Source: Chloroflexota bacterium
GTDB taxonomy: Bacteria; Chloroflexota; Anaerolineae; UBA7937; B3-Chlor
Assembly: GCA_030603665.1 (NCBI GenBank)
Contig: JAUVXJ010000003.1
Span: forward strand, 85,377 to 149,376
Reading direction: 5' to 3'
DNA length: 64,000 nt
Part shown: piece by piece, positions 1 to 10,218 of the stretch
Layout of the letters: every line of letters starts with the position of its first letter
Position numbering within the stretch: the stretch's first letter is position 1
Program-made: the position numbers and the translations under genes
Notes under the pieces: model-generated
Database searches by the model: none
Told to the model about the DNA's origin: nothing
What the model saw: the letters and a program-made list of their open reading frames with translations, nothing else

Positions 1-397
1 CTTCGAAGACGGGGGGCACGTCGTCGCCGTAGAAGAGCTTGGCCGCATCGAACGACCGCGGGATACCCTCCAAAGTCTCCAGGAGGACTTTTGCTTCCGT
101 TCTCTCGACAGTGGGATTGGGGACCCTCAGCGTGATGAACGCGTCTCTGCCCAGCCTGGTCTCGGCGAAAAAGGCCTCGTACTTGGTGAGCAACTTCTTG
201 ACCACGAAGGCGTCCACCTCCTTGCCCTCGCAGTCCCACATCTGCTCGTCGCACCCCAAATGGGAGAAGGCATAGTACGCTTCCTGGATCTCGTCATCGC
301 CCTGGAGTTCGGCGTTCTCCGCGAAGAAGGGAGAGGTGACGTTGTCAGGATGCTGCGTGCTCATGCACTTGGGGACTCTCACCGCTTGATCTGCCAC
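1..397 (-). CDS. ppcA: Archaeal-type phosphoenolpyruvate carboxylase, 5' part (runs off window start)
   Basis: Not in ORF track; manual translation MADQAVRVPKCMSTQHPDNVTSPFF...EQMWDCEGKEVD...LRVPNP carries the PpcA N-terminal MSTQHPDN and WD.EGK motifs; GGAGGAGG RBS 9 nt upstream of GTG at 397. Confidence 0.92.
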   Translation of the reverse strand, partial: MADQAVRVPKCMSTQHPDNVTSPFFAENAELQGDDEIQEAYYAFSHLGCDEQMWDCEGKEVDAFVVKKLLTKYEAFFAETRLGRDAFITLRVPNPTVERTEAKVLLETLEGIPRSFDAAKLFYGDDVPPVFE

Positions 398-557
398 CGT
401 GCAGGGCTCCTCCTCCGGTACTGAATTGGGCCCCTCTAAGAAGGACCGCATTCCGCGCCATCGGCACAGATGCGGTCCAGCAAGCCACCGGTTGCGGCAT
501 CAGTCTCGCCAAACTGCCCACCTGAGCAGCCTGCCGAGGGGTTCTTGGTTGGGCGGT

Positions 558-586
558 ATTATATCCACTCCGTGCCCCGAGGTCAA
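558..586 (-). promoter_or_regulatory. sigma70-type promoter for ppcA
   Basis: TTGACC-17 nt-TATAAT on minus strand. Confidence 0.7.
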
Positions 587-737
587 CCTGAAGCGATCCC
601 GCCATCTCCGGCTGGCCAATCTGCCCAGGGTGCAACGCAGCGTTCAAGACGGAAAGCCCGCGGAGGTTGCGCCACCTCCACGTCGAGCGACCTGCGGTAT
701 CAATGAGAGTCGCGGAACGTAGTCGAGGCACCCTGTC

Positions 738-2309
738 CTAGCGTAGGTTGACTACTAGCCAGGACAGCACTCCGATGATCGCCGCAATCAACACCCCGTA
801 GGGAAGGGTCTTTCTCATCACCTCACCCTCCCGGCCCGCCAGCCCCGCAGTGCTGCAACCGACGATGATCTTCGCCGGGGCCAACATGCTGCCCAGAGCC
901 CCGCCGGCTGTCTGGGCGCCGAGAACCACCAGCGCGCTGATCCCGATCATTTCTGCCGTGGCCAGCTGAAGTGGCGCGAAGATGACGTTGGAGTTGGTAT
1001 TGCTGCCGGTCATGAACGCACCCAGCATACCGATCAGAGGTGAGAAGAAAGGAAAGGCAGGTCCCACGCTCTCGCTCAGGCCCCGGGCGAGAAGATGGAC
1101 CATGCCGCAGTGATCCATGATCATGGCCATCCCCACCATGGAAGCGATGCCGAGGGTCGAAGGCACTGCGCTGGAGAGGGTCCCTCGCCAGATTCGCCCT
1201 AGAACGCCCGGCCTGTAGTGGCCGGTGCCGCGATAGATGAGGAAGGCGATGAGGCAGGAGTATCCCAGCAGGGCCCCTGCGTGGCCGAAGACACTGATCG
1301 TGCGGCCCGGCCCGGCGTCCGTGACCCAGCCCAGATTCGTGCTCACCGCCGGGAAGTCTACTCTGATCACCACCCGATTCAGCAGATCATGGAGGGGGGC
1401 TACGAGTTCCGCAGCGGTCACGAGAACCACCAGGATGAGGTAGGCTGAAATAGCCAGGAGAGGTCCGGGGAGCTTCTCGCCGCGGACCTTCTCTCGCACC
1501 ACGACCCCCTCCCGCTCTCTGCCACGGTAGAAGGGCGATCTGGCAATCACCCCTCCGGCCACCATGCCTGCCAGTCCGGCGAGGAAGCCAGCCACGCTCC
1601 ACAGGCCGTTGACGGCGAGAAGGTATTGAGTCACGCTCATCGCCGCGCCCATGATCAGAATCGGCACCATGGACCGCCGCAGACCCCTCAGACCATCGTA
1701 GGCGTGTACAGCCGCCAGACCACAGCCGAAGCATGCCAACCCCAGGAACACGCTGGACCAGTGTGCCAGGTCATAGCCCTCGATGCCGGAAGCGGCTATC
1801 AAGGCCTGGAACGAGGAGGCGATGTCACCGAAGGTGACCGACCAGGAGTGGCCGATGGCCACCGCCGCCACAGAAATGACGGGGTTGAAACCCATGCCGA
1901 TGAGCAGAGGGGCCACCACCGCGATGGGCACTCCGAAACCGGCCACGCCCTGGAGGAACGAACTGAAAGCCCAGCTGAGGATCAGTAACTGGAGTGTGCG
2001 CTCCCCGGTCAAGCGCGCTATGCTCGCGCCGATGACGCCGATGGCCCCCGCCTCGTTGACCACGTGGTACAAGACCAGCGCCATCCAGATGATGTACAGG
2101 ACGTAGAGGCTGAGCAACACCGCCCTGATCTGCGAGTAGAAGAGCACCTGTGGAGTGGCTCCGAAGAACAGAACGCCCACCACCAGCGCGACCAGCCAAC
2201 CGATGGGCCCGGCCTTGGAGCCGCCCCAGCGCAGCCCAACCATCAGCACCAGCACGGCGATGATTGGCGACAAGGCAAGAAGCCAGCTCACAGGACTCAT
2301 GCTCAGCAT
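738..2309 (-). CDS. lctP: L-lactate permease family transporter
   Basis: 523 aa polytopic membrane protein with LQGVAGFGVPIAV and GAFMTGSNTNSN motifs. Confidence 0.88.
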   Translation of the reverse strand: MLSMSPVSWLLALSPIIAVLVLMVGLRWGGSKAGPIGWLVALVVGVLFFGATPQVLFYSQIRAVLLSLYVLYIIWMALVLYHVVNEAGAIGVIGASIARLTGERTLQLLILSWAFSSFLQGVAGFGVPIAVVAPLLIGMGFNPVISVAAVAIGHSWSVTFGDIASSFQALIAASGIEGYDLAHWSSVFLGLACFGCGLAAVHAYDGLRGLRRSMVPILIMGAAMSVTQYLLAVNGLWSVAGFLAGLAGMVAGGVIARSPFYRGREREGVVVREKVRGEKLPGPLLAISAYLILVVLVTAAELVAPLHDLLNRVVIRVDFPAVSTNLGWVTDAGPGRTISVFGHAGALLGYSCLIAFLIYRGTGHYRPGVLGRIWRGTLSSAVPSTLGIASMVGMAMIMDHCGMVHLLARGLSESVGPAFPFFSPLIGMLGAFMTGSNTNSNVIFAPLQLATAEMIGISALVVLGAQTAGGALGSMLAPAKIIVGCSTAGLAGREGEVMRKTLPYGVLIAAIIGVLSWLVVNLR

Positions 2310-2459
2310 GTGACTCTAGCGACACCTCCTGCTCTGGGATAGGACAGTCCACGTCCAGCATGGGCCCCGCCCTTGCGGGCTGGTAAGTCAAAGCACAACG
2401 ATCGCTCGTCGAGATCGCAGCGATCTTCGGATGTCTATGACTGACCTAGCAGCGATGGG

Positions 2460-2924
2460 TCACTTCAAGAAACCAGGTTGGGTCGAATCATGGCGATCGC
2501 TAGCTTCCGGGTCGTCTGTGAGAGGGCCCAGATACTTCTGCACGCCGCATCGGTCCCAGTCGCCAGCGGCACGGTGGGCGTTGATGTAATTGGTCGGCAT
2601 AGGATGACTGCCTACAACCACGGGAAGTCCCACATAATTCTCGATGTATTGGATGAAATCCTCCAAATAGGGGCAGGGTGGATATCCTGCCAGAAACCCC
2701 GATGCCAGGACGATCTCCTCCGCGCCATACTTCTTCAGCTCAGCCGGGGCAAACTCCAGGCGTTCGCCGGGACATCCTCCGCACGTGATGAACCCGACAA
2801 CCTCAAGAGGTTCGTCCTTCGGATACTTCTTGAAGGCGCCTGACCGCTCCTGAATAGCCATGAAGCACTTGCCGCCGGTGCACGTTCTATTCCTATCACA
2901 GATGATGATGCCGATCTTGCTCAT
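2460..2924 (-). CDS. CGGC domain-containing protein
   Basis: KIGIIIC...CTGGKCF...ITCGGCPG...PPCP...VVGSH; probable start MSKIG at 2924 with AGGAG RBS. Confidence 0.85.
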   Translation of the reverse strand: MSKIGIIICDRNRTCTGGKCFMAIQERSGAFKKYPKDEPLEVVGFITCGGCPGERLEFAPAELKKYGAEEIVLASGFLAGYPPCPYLEDFIQYIENYVGLPVVVGSHPMPTNYINAHRAAGDWDRCGVQKYLGPLTDDPEASDRHDSTQPGFLK

Positions 2925-3712
2925 CGAAACTCTCCTTTGTGGCGTAAGTGTCCCGCAAGCCATCGCTTTGCCCGGGACGTGTCACCGTCTCGCTTCTCTG
3001 GAACCAAACATTGACGACGGACCCGTCTGGCCAAGACGGCCAGCACTGATCTTCGACCGCTACCGGCTATTGGCTCAGCCATCTGGCATACGCGGACCGG
3101 CAGGATTCATCGCTCAATCTCGTCTGGCACAGGCGTCGCCGACCCCAGCCCACTCGCTCCAAAGCTTAGCCGCATGATGGGCAGCGCAGGGGCCTGACTA
3201 CTCCCGGTGGCGAGGCCTCCGGCGGCCGGAGGGTAGTATATCATAGGTCAGCTCTCCTGGCAGCGCTGCTGCTCTCTGTCCCACCACCGATTGCGCACAC
3301 GGACCTCGCTCTGGTACAATGGGCATCGGGGGCCGTGCTGCTTTCCCATAGCCAAGCAGGCGTTTCCCCTGCAATTGATGGTGATCGAGATAGAGATTGA
3401 CTGCAGTGGCATATTGGAGGGGTGATTGCGGAGCAAGGAAAGAACCGTCAGCAGGTCGTCAACCAGCAGATTGGCAGAGTTGTCAAGCGTCTGAATACTG
3501 GCGTGAACCGAGGTCGCTGCCGCTCCCCGCTTAGCTCGTTGATCAAGGGCTACGATAGCCACCGAGCGGACGTTGCGCCAGGATCGGGAACAGCAGCAAG
3601 GGCTGATCAACAACATGGAAGACTAGTTGATGGAGCAAGGGGTTGTTGAAAGAGTTGCACTGGGAATGCGTGCATTGCCCCATAGCGCAAGAGCACGGGT
3701 GGGAGGACCACC

Positions 3713-4585
3713 ATGACCAAGATGGTTAGTCCTGCGATTGTCATCGGCTTGGAACACATCGGACAGAAGGTTCTGACCTGCGTGAAAGAGAATGTTTCTG
3801 ATACTCATGGCAGAGTACCAGATACCATACGGCTGCTTGATTTCGGCAGCAGGGGCGAGCATCCTGAGTGGGCAACTGCGGCTGAGCACGCCGAGGCAAG
3901 TGACGTGACCTTGGGACCAAAGGAGTTCATCTCCCCAGGTGGCACCATCGATGACGATGAAAGTAGACTAGCCAAGGGGGCCGGACAGAGCCCTCCTTTC
4001 TGGCGGACGGCTGACTTCCTTGGGCTCGCTAGTGGGCGGCCGAAAGCGACCAAGGCTATCCGGCAAGCTATCGTGGATGTGAAGAGTGCTGCGCAAGTCG
4101 AAGAGCCCTTGGAGATTCACATTGTGTGCTCTTTGGGCGGCGGGACAGGAAGTGGGATGCTCATCGACATTGCCCACATTGCACGTCAAGTTGCCGAAAG
4201 GGAGGCCGTACCGTCCAACATCCGGGCTTGGGTATTGCTGCAGGACATCTCGGAAGGCAGGATCAATGCTCAGCGGGTGTTGCCATGTGTATACGCTGCC
4301 ATGGGCGAACTCCAGCATTTCATGCAGGTCTTTGATCGGCAACATCCTGCCGATCACTCTGATGCGGAAGGTGGACCACGCCGGATCCACGACGGCAGCT
4401 ACGAGAGCAGACTGTTCGACGCCTGCTATTTGATAGACTTCAAGCGACCTTGTTTGTCGCCCGACCGGACAACACCCCAGAGACATATCTTGCCGACTGT
4501 TGCTCAGCTCATCACCGCCTTGCTGGATCCAGAAACCAGGAGTACTCTCAATGCCCCTTATCCAACGGTTGGCAACGGCCTATGA
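3713..4585 (+). pseudogene. Tubulin-like (Tubulin_2 family) GTPase domain, degenerate and truncated
   Basis: SLGGGTGSG signature, GAGQ, YAAMGEL, FDACYLID present; T1 loop is GLEHIG instead of GLGGTG; in-frame continuation ALYSSL after the TGA. Confidence 0.7.
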
Positions 4586-5108
4586 GGTGCCAGGCAGGGA
4601 GCACTGAAGGCTCTATACAGCAGCCTGGAAAACTCGTGTCGTATTGGGTAGTCAGTACTGAAGTCGCTCGCCGAGGCGGTGCGAGATAAGACCGAATCGG
4701 AGCGCGGGGCGCCGGCTCAGGCGTCTGTGCGCAAGCGGTGACCCAAGTGCGCTCTCGCACCCCAAGTTGGCAATGAGGGAGCACAAGGCAAGACACCCGG
4801 CCGATGCAGCTAGAGAGGCGATGGAGTGGACAAGGTAGTCGGAGCGGATGGAAGAAGGTGCAGACGACCACCAAGGCCCCGAATCAGCGCTGAAATCCCA
4901 GACGGGCGCACCGTGACCGCTCCGGCGCTGGAAGGAGAAACACAGGCCGATTCGCAAAGTAGAGGAACGATTGGGGACAAGAAGGGCACATTCTCGCGAG
5001 ACGCCTCGCCTGCGCTCGGTGACCAGATGATACCATGATTGCTGAGGAGGTGAGAACGAAGTGACGTGCGTTTGAGCAGGGCATCCTTGTGTAAACTCGG
5101 AGGGGAAT

Positions 5109-5690
5109 ATGGCCAATGGACAGCTGGTAGCTATGAGCGACGATGAACAGCTTGAATTGGCTTGCTGGCTCATCGAGAGACATGACCATCTCCGCGCGTC
5201 GACGGCAACTAGGGCAGCCATCGTGGTAAGCGCAGACGCTATTCTTTTTGCCGGGGCCGTGTTTCTGTTAGACAAATACCTATCATCAGTTACCCAGTAT
5301 CATCAGTTTGGGAGAGTAGTCTTCACAGTAGGCATTGGAGCCAATCTGACCCTTCTTGCCCTTTCCGTAGTGCTAGCTGCCAACGCGATTGCATTTGCCT
5401 GGAAGAAGACACGAACTACGGTCAATATCAGCAATCTGCCGCCACTGCTCTTCTTTCATCCTAGTGATACGATGAAGGCCTTCAACGACAAGGAGTTTGG
5501 GCGTTTCAGGCAGCACTTCCGAGCGGCCACCAAGGAACAGATGGTGACGTACGCCTTGGGTGAACTCTTGCAGATTACCATAGCACACAATATGCGCTAC
5601 CGTGCATTCCGATGGTCAATTCGCTTGCTCTTTGCAGCTACTATTCCAATGTCAATCTGCATTCTAATGCTCTTGTTCAGGAATCTGTAG
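5109..5690 (+). CDS. Pycsar effector (PycTM/DUF5706)-like membrane protein
   Basis: N-terminal helix ending TRAAIV, two TM helices, LLFF loop, ELLQITIAHNMRYRAFR helix and final TM match PycTM architecture; AT-richer than flanks. Confidence 0.65.
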   Translation: MANGQLVAMSDDEQLELACWLIERHDHLRASTATRAAIVVSADAILFAGAVFLLDKYLSSVTQYHQFGRVVFTVGIGANLTLLALSVVLAANAIAFAWKKTRTTVNISNLPPLLFFHPSDTMKAFNDKEFGRFRQHFRAATKEQMVTYALGELLQITIAHNMRYRAFRWSIRLLFAATIPMSICILMLLFRNL

Positions 5691-6310
5691 ACTCGAACGC
5701 GTCAGAGCGCCATTGATGATCCACATCTGACTCGGCGCTAGACAATACGCACAGAGAATGCCATACGTCGTAGGAAGGATGCTGAGCGCCCAAATTGCAC
5801 GGCGGAGCGGGAGGAGGCGAAGAGAGTCGTCATGGAGGCGTAGAATGGCTAGGCCGAAGTCCCTCGGGATCGAAATCTCGGCTTGTCGGACGATGGAAAC
5901 AGTATGATCACCTATCACGTGGACCCCTCCCATTCTATCCACACCCGTCTGAGCACCGCCTTCCTGCTTCAATCGAGGCATCTGACATTCGGCTGTGAGG
6001 ATTGAGAGATGGTTGGCCGTGTACGGGTCATGGCTCCGTTGGCAGATCCTGGGGCCTTGACGAGAGGGGCTCACCTGCAGTTTCAAATCGACAAGGATGG
6101 CACCGGCCGGGATTGCCGGTTTGATCCGCATAGAGATCTACGGGACAGGCGTTCAAGGTCGCTGTGGACAGGGGACAACGCCCCCCGGTGCCTGCCATGA
6201 AGGAGGAGGACCTTGATGAAAGAGATCGTTGCCTCAGTCATTTGGGTTGGAGCGCTTCTGGCCGCATGTGCAACGCCTGCTGATGCGTTGTAGGCAGACC
6301 GATTGCTCGG

Positions 6311-6359
6311 TTGACCTATCAGGCCACAGAGAGTATAATAGCCTTAAAGGACATAAAGG
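6311..6359 (+). promoter_or_regulatory. sigma70 promoter of TA operon with candidate operator
   Basis: TTGACC(6311)-17-TATAAT(6334); followed by CCTTAAAGG palindrome and repeated TAAAGG. Confidence 0.75.
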
Positions 6360-6375
6360 GTAGGAGCGCAGCACG

Positions 6376-6642
6376 ATGAGCACAACCAGCATCAGCGAAC
6401 TGAAGAGCGGCCTGTCAGAGTACCTGAACCGCGCGGCATATGGACAGGAGCGCATCATCGTTGCCAGCCGAGGCAAGCCCAAGGCGGCCGTGATCAGCAT
6501 AGAGGACTTGCGCCGCTTTGAGGAACTAGAGGACGCCCTGGCCGCCCACGAGGCGCTGGAGGCTTACGAGGCGGGAGAGACTACGCCCTGGGAAGAGGTC
6601 AAGGCAGAACTGGCCGAGGGCGCCGGTGACGTACCGGATTGA
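6376..6642 (+). CDS. Type II antitoxin, Phd/YefM family
   Basis: SISELKSGLSEYLNRAAYGQERIIVASRGKPKAAVIS; acidic C-terminus. Confidence 0.9.
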   Translation: MSTTSISELKSGLSEYLNRAAYGQERIIVASRGKPKAAVISIEDLRRFEELEDALAAHEALEAYEAGETTPWEEVKAELAEGAGDVPD

Positions 6643-6898
6643 GATAGAGCGCCGGGCACATAAGGCTCTTGGCCGTCTCCCCAAGCGAGACCGCGTTCGG
6701 GTGGTAGTTGCGACCGATGCCTTGGCTGAAGATCCGAGACCGGCGGGATGCGTGCCCGTACGAGCGGCTCCCAGGGGCACATACCGCATGCGCGTGGGTG
6801 GCTTTCGGATAGTCTATCTGGTTCTGGATGATGAGGAAGTGATCATCGTGGCCCGGGTGGCCAGGCGGAGCGAGACTACCTATCGGAAGCCGGGATAG
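6626..6898 (+). CDS. Type II toxin, RelE/ParE family
   Basis: YRIEI...ALAEDPRP...YRMRVGGFRIVY; overlaps antitoxin. Confidence 0.9.
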   Translation: MTYRIEIERRAHKALGRLPKRDRVRVVVATDALAEDPRPAGCVPVRAAPRGTYRMRVGGFRIVYLVLDDEEVIIVARVARRSETTYRKPG

Positions 6899-6998
6899 CG
6901 CTCGAAAACGGTCGGTTCGCCGGAACCTATGGCATTGCACGGCTCCAGTACCTATCAACGGCCTTGCTGCTTCCCTGTCACCAGTCAGGAGGAGGACG

Positions 6999-7712
6999 AT
7001 GGATCAGTACCGCTTCGGATACCACGCAGACCTTCTGGCCCAGTTCCCCACCATCGTGGCCGGAGCCGCCTTCGCACTGGGCATAGACAACCAGTCCAAC
7101 GAGAGGGCCGCCGAGGATCTCCTCAAGGCTCAGGTGGAAACGGTCAAGGCCCAATTCGCCTCGGAACCTCTCTCCAGCCACCCCCATATCTCCTCGTGGC
7201 GGTCCGCCTTCTCCTCTTTCGGCGTCAAGCCCACCCAGTACCGCTGTGCAGTCGAGGCCATGCTGCGTCACGTGCTCAAGAAGGGGTCGGTGCCCCACAT
7301 CAACAAGCTCGTGGACATCTGCAACTACGTCTCTATGAAACACGTGCTCCCCGTCGCGGCCTACGATCTGAGCCATGTCTCAGGGCCCATCGAGGTCCGC
7401 TTCGCTGAAGGCAACGAGCCATTCCTGCCCCTGTACGGGAAAGAGGTCGAGTATCCCAAGCCGGGGGAGGTGATCTACACAGACGATGAGGGCGCCCTCT
7501 CTCGCCGCTGGACCTGGCGCCAGTCAGACCGGGCCAAGTCTACCCCTCAGACGCGCAATGCCCTGCTCACTGCCGAAGGCGTGAATGACATCGAGGGCGC
7601 AGCGGTCGAGGCAGCCATGCAGGAGCTGGTCTCCCTGGTGAAGGAGCACTGCGGCCGAGAAGTCTCCTCGTCCATACTGGACCGTGACCATCCCTGGGCC
7701 GTGAAGGAATGA
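6999..7712 (+). CDS. B3/4 domain protein (PheRS beta editing-domain-like)
   Basis: WRSAFSSFGVKPTQYRCAVEAM, INKLVDICNYVS, AYDL, RRWTWRQS motifs. Confidence 0.88.
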   Translation: MDQYRFGYHADLLAQFPTIVAGAAFALGIDNQSNERAAEDLLKAQVETVKAQFASEPLSSHPHISSWRSAFSSFGVKPTQYRCAVEAMLRHVLKKGSVPHINKLVDICNYVSMKHVLPVAAYDLSHVSGPIEVRFAEGNEPFLPLYGKEVEYPKPGEVIYTDDEGALSRRWTWRQSDRAKSTPQTRNALLTAEGVNDIEGAAVEAAMQELVSLVKEHCGREVSSSILDRDHPWAVKE

Positions 7713-10078
7713 CTCTGCCCTATCTGGCCGTCGCCTGGCTGAGCGGCATCTACCTCCAGTCGGTGCTGAGCCTGCCGGCCTGGATCCTCTGGCTGGCAAT
7801 CCCTCTGGCGCTGGTCATCATCTTCCTCTGGTGGAATGAATGGCGCGTGCGGCTGGGTACCTCTTGTGCTTTGCTACTCCTCCTCGGCGCCCTCCGCTAC
7901 CAGGCAGCGATGCCCTCCTTCGACTCCAGCAAGCTAGGATACTACAATGGGCTGGGAAAGGTCTCACTGGTAGGGGTGCTAGCCGAGGAGCCAGACGTTC
8001 GAGACCGCTACGTGAACCTCAAGGTGTCAGCCAGTTACTTGGAGATCGAGGCCGAGGAGAGGCAGGTGACGGGCTTGGCGCTGGTCCGCACCGGCCGGCA
8101 TCCATCTTACGCATATGGCGACGAACTACAGATCGAGGGCCGCCTTGAGACGCCCCCTGAGTCGGAGGACTTTTCCTACCGGGACTACCTGGCCCGCCAG
8201 GGCATCCACTCTATGGTCGACTTCGGGCGCATCACCCTGCTCAGCCAGGGTCACGGAGATCCCTTTCACCGCGCCATCTACGCCCTCAAGGGGCACTTTC
8301 AAGAGACCATCGGTCGCCTTTTCCCTGAGCCTTCCGCCTCCTTGCTGTCGGGCATCCTCCTGGGCATAGAAACGGGCATACCTCGCTCGCTGCTGGACGA
8401 CTTCAACGCCACCAGCGCCACCCACATCATCGCCATCTCCGGGTTCAACATCGCCATCGTGGCGGGCGCCATCGGCCTGTTGACCAAGAGGTTCCTGGGC
8501 ATCTACAGGGCGGCTGTGGTCTCCCTGCTGGCCATAACGCTGTACACGATACTGGTGGGCGCCGACGATGCAGTGGTGCGCGCGGCTATTATGGGGTCCA
8601 TCTCCCTGATAGCCATCATCGCCGGACGCCAGACCTTCGCCCTGGCCTCCCTGGCGGCAGCAGCCTTGTTGATGACCCTTTGGAACCCTTTGGTACTCTG
8701 GGACGTGGGCTTCCAGCTCTCCTTTGCAGCAACCCTGGGGCTGGTCCTCCTGGTTGGTCCCATGGAAGAGAGGTTCCGGGACTGGCTCTCCGGCCTGACG
8801 TCCGAAGAGCGAGCCACAGGACTGGTGCGCCTCCTCAGCGGGCCTCTTCTGATCACCTTGGCGGCACAACTGGCGGTGTGGCCCATCACCCTCCATTACT
8901 TTCGCCGTCTCTCTCTGGTATCCCCCGTGACCAACTTCCTCATCATCCCCGCCCAGCCAGGGGTGATGCTGGTGGGCGGTCTGGCCACACTGCTGGGAGC
9001 TATCCATCCTCTCCTGGGGCAACCCGTGGCCTGGGTGGCCTGGGTGTTCGTGGCCTACACCATCGGGGTGGTGGAACTGACGGCGCGTATTCCCCTTGCC
9101 AGCTTCGAGCTGGGCGGCTTCAGCGCCGGAGCTATGTGGCTGTACTATGGGGTCGTCGGCGCCTCAATCCTGGCAGTGAGCCAAGAGAGGGATCGTCTTC
9201 GAGAGATATGGGGGGGATTCACCCAGGGGTTCAGCACCAAGCTTCTCGCGGGCGGGCTGGCGGTTGCGGTCATTCTGGCCTGGATAGCCGCTGCCCAGAT
9301 GCCGGACGGGCGCTTACACGTCCACTTCCTGGACGTAGGTCAAGGTGACGCCATCTTCATCCAGTGCCCCAATGGGCAGCAGATTCTGGTTGACGGCGGC
9401 CCCACCCCTTCCATGCTCCTCTCGCACCTGGGGAGAAGAATGCCCTTCTGGGATCGCAGCCTCGACCTGGTGATTCTGACCCACGCAGAGGTGGACCACG
9501 TTGGCGGCCTCGTCGACATGCTGGAGCGGTACCAGGTGGGTCTGGTGCTGGATTCAGGGCAGGAGTGCACCAATGCGACGTGCGAGAGCTGGAGAGCGCT
9601 CATCGAGGAAAAGGGAATACCCTACCGCAAGGCGGAGGCGGGGATGCAGGTCACAGTGTGTGGCGCCGTACTGCTAGACATCCTCCACCCACCGGCCCCA
9701 CTGATGAGTGGCACGTCATCGGACACCAACAACAACTCGGTGGTGCTGCGCTTGCAGTACGGCCAGTTCTCCGCTCTGCTGACAGGGGACGTGATGGAGG
9801 AGGCAGAGAGGGTGCTTCTCTCATCCGGACAACCCCTCGCCGGCCTGGTGCTCAAAGTGCCACACCACGGCGGGGACACATCGCTGACCACGCCCTTCTT
9901 GGAGGCGATTGGCCCTGAGCTGGCTATCATCTCCGTGGGGGCCGACAACCGCTTCGGACATCCGGACGAGGTCACTCTGGAGAAGCTGCACGGCCTGCCC
10001 GTCCACCGGACCGATCAGCACGGCAACATCGAGCTGGTGACGGACGGCGCGAGATACTGGATCCGGGCCGGCCGCTGA
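7709..10078 (+). CDS. comEC: DNA internalization competence protein ComEC/Rec2
   Basis: OB-like domain, HIIAISGFNI, VVRAAIM, GFQLSF competence domain, C-terminal MBL domain (FLDVGQGD, THAEVDHVGG, KVPHHG); ATGA overlap with upstream gene. Confidence 0.95.
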   Translation: MTLPYLAVAWLSGIYLQSVLSLPAWILWLAIPLALVIIFLWWNEWRVRLGTSCALLLLLGALRYQAAMPSFDSSKLGYYNGLGKVSLVGVLAEEPDVRDRYVNLKVSASYLEIEAEERQVTGLALVRTGRHPSYAYGDELQIEGRLETPPESEDFSYRDYLARQGIHSMVDFGRITLLSQGHGDPFHRAIYALKGHFQETIGRLFPEPSASLLSGILLGIETGIPRSLLDDFNATSATHIIAISGFNIAIVAGAIGLLTKRFLGIYRAAVVSLLAITLYTILVGADDAVVRAAIMGSISLIAIIAGRQTFALASLAAAALLMTLWNPLVLWDVGFQLSFAATLGLVLLVGPMEERFRDWLSGLTSEERATGLVRLLSGPLLITLAAQLAVWPITLHYFRRLSLVSPVTNFLIIPAQPGVMLVGGLATLLGAIHPLLGQPVAWVAWVFVAYTIGVVELTARIPLASFELGGFSAGAMWLYYGVVGASILAVSQERDRLREIWGGFTQGFSTKLLAGGLAVAVILAWIAAAQMPDGRLHVHFLDVGQGDAIFIQCPNGQQILVDGGPTPSMLLSHLGRRMPFWDRSLDLVILTHAEVDHVGGLVDMLERYQVGLVLDSGQECTNATCESWRALIEEKGIPYRKAEAGMQVTVCGAVLLDILHPPAPLMSGTSSDTNNNSVVLRLQYGQFSALLTGDVMEEAERVLLSSGQPLAGLVLKVPHHGGDTSLTTPFLEAIGPELAIISVGADNRFGHPDEVTLEKLHGLPVHRTDQHGNIELVTDGARYWIRAGR

Positions 10079-10090
10079 GCTTCCGCCGCG
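9931..10090 (+). repeat. Direct repeat copy 1: 3' end of comEC
   Basis: Aligns by eye with 11165-11324 (gccgacaaccgcttcgg...gagctggtgacggacggcgc...gctga). Confidence 0.9.
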
Positions 10091-10189
10091 CGCTTCCGGG
10101 TCGGTTGGCTTGGATCCGAAAGGTAACTGTGGTCCGTCATCCAGCCTCACCCCCGCAGCGCTATTCCCTTCGCCTCCCCAACGACCCGC

Positions 10190-10218
10190 TTGACGCCACA
10201 GGTCGCTTCTCGTACAAT
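10190..10218 (+). promoter_or_regulatory. Putative sigma70 promoter upstream of cargo gene
   Basis: TTGACG-17-TACAAT about 300 nt upstream of 10518. Confidence 0.5.

Noticed and set aside
3248-3712. Short ORFs upstream of the tubulin-like gene (e.g. 3422-3649 with GGAGG)
   Set aside because: No recognisable motif; stops in all frames suggest degenerate or non-coding DNA
4583-4585. TGA as selenocysteine or readthrough codon
   Set aside because: Position is not a Cys-equivalent site, no SECIS-like hairpin is evident, and another stop follows after about 21 codons
5664-6300. Possible partner gene (cyclase) downstream of the Pycsar-like effector
   Set aside because: No nucleotide-cyclase or other motif found in the frames I read
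9726-9737. AACAACAAC run as possible DGR template repeat
   Set aside because: It encodes the conserved NNNS motif of the ComEC MBL domain and has no similarity to the FGE variable region
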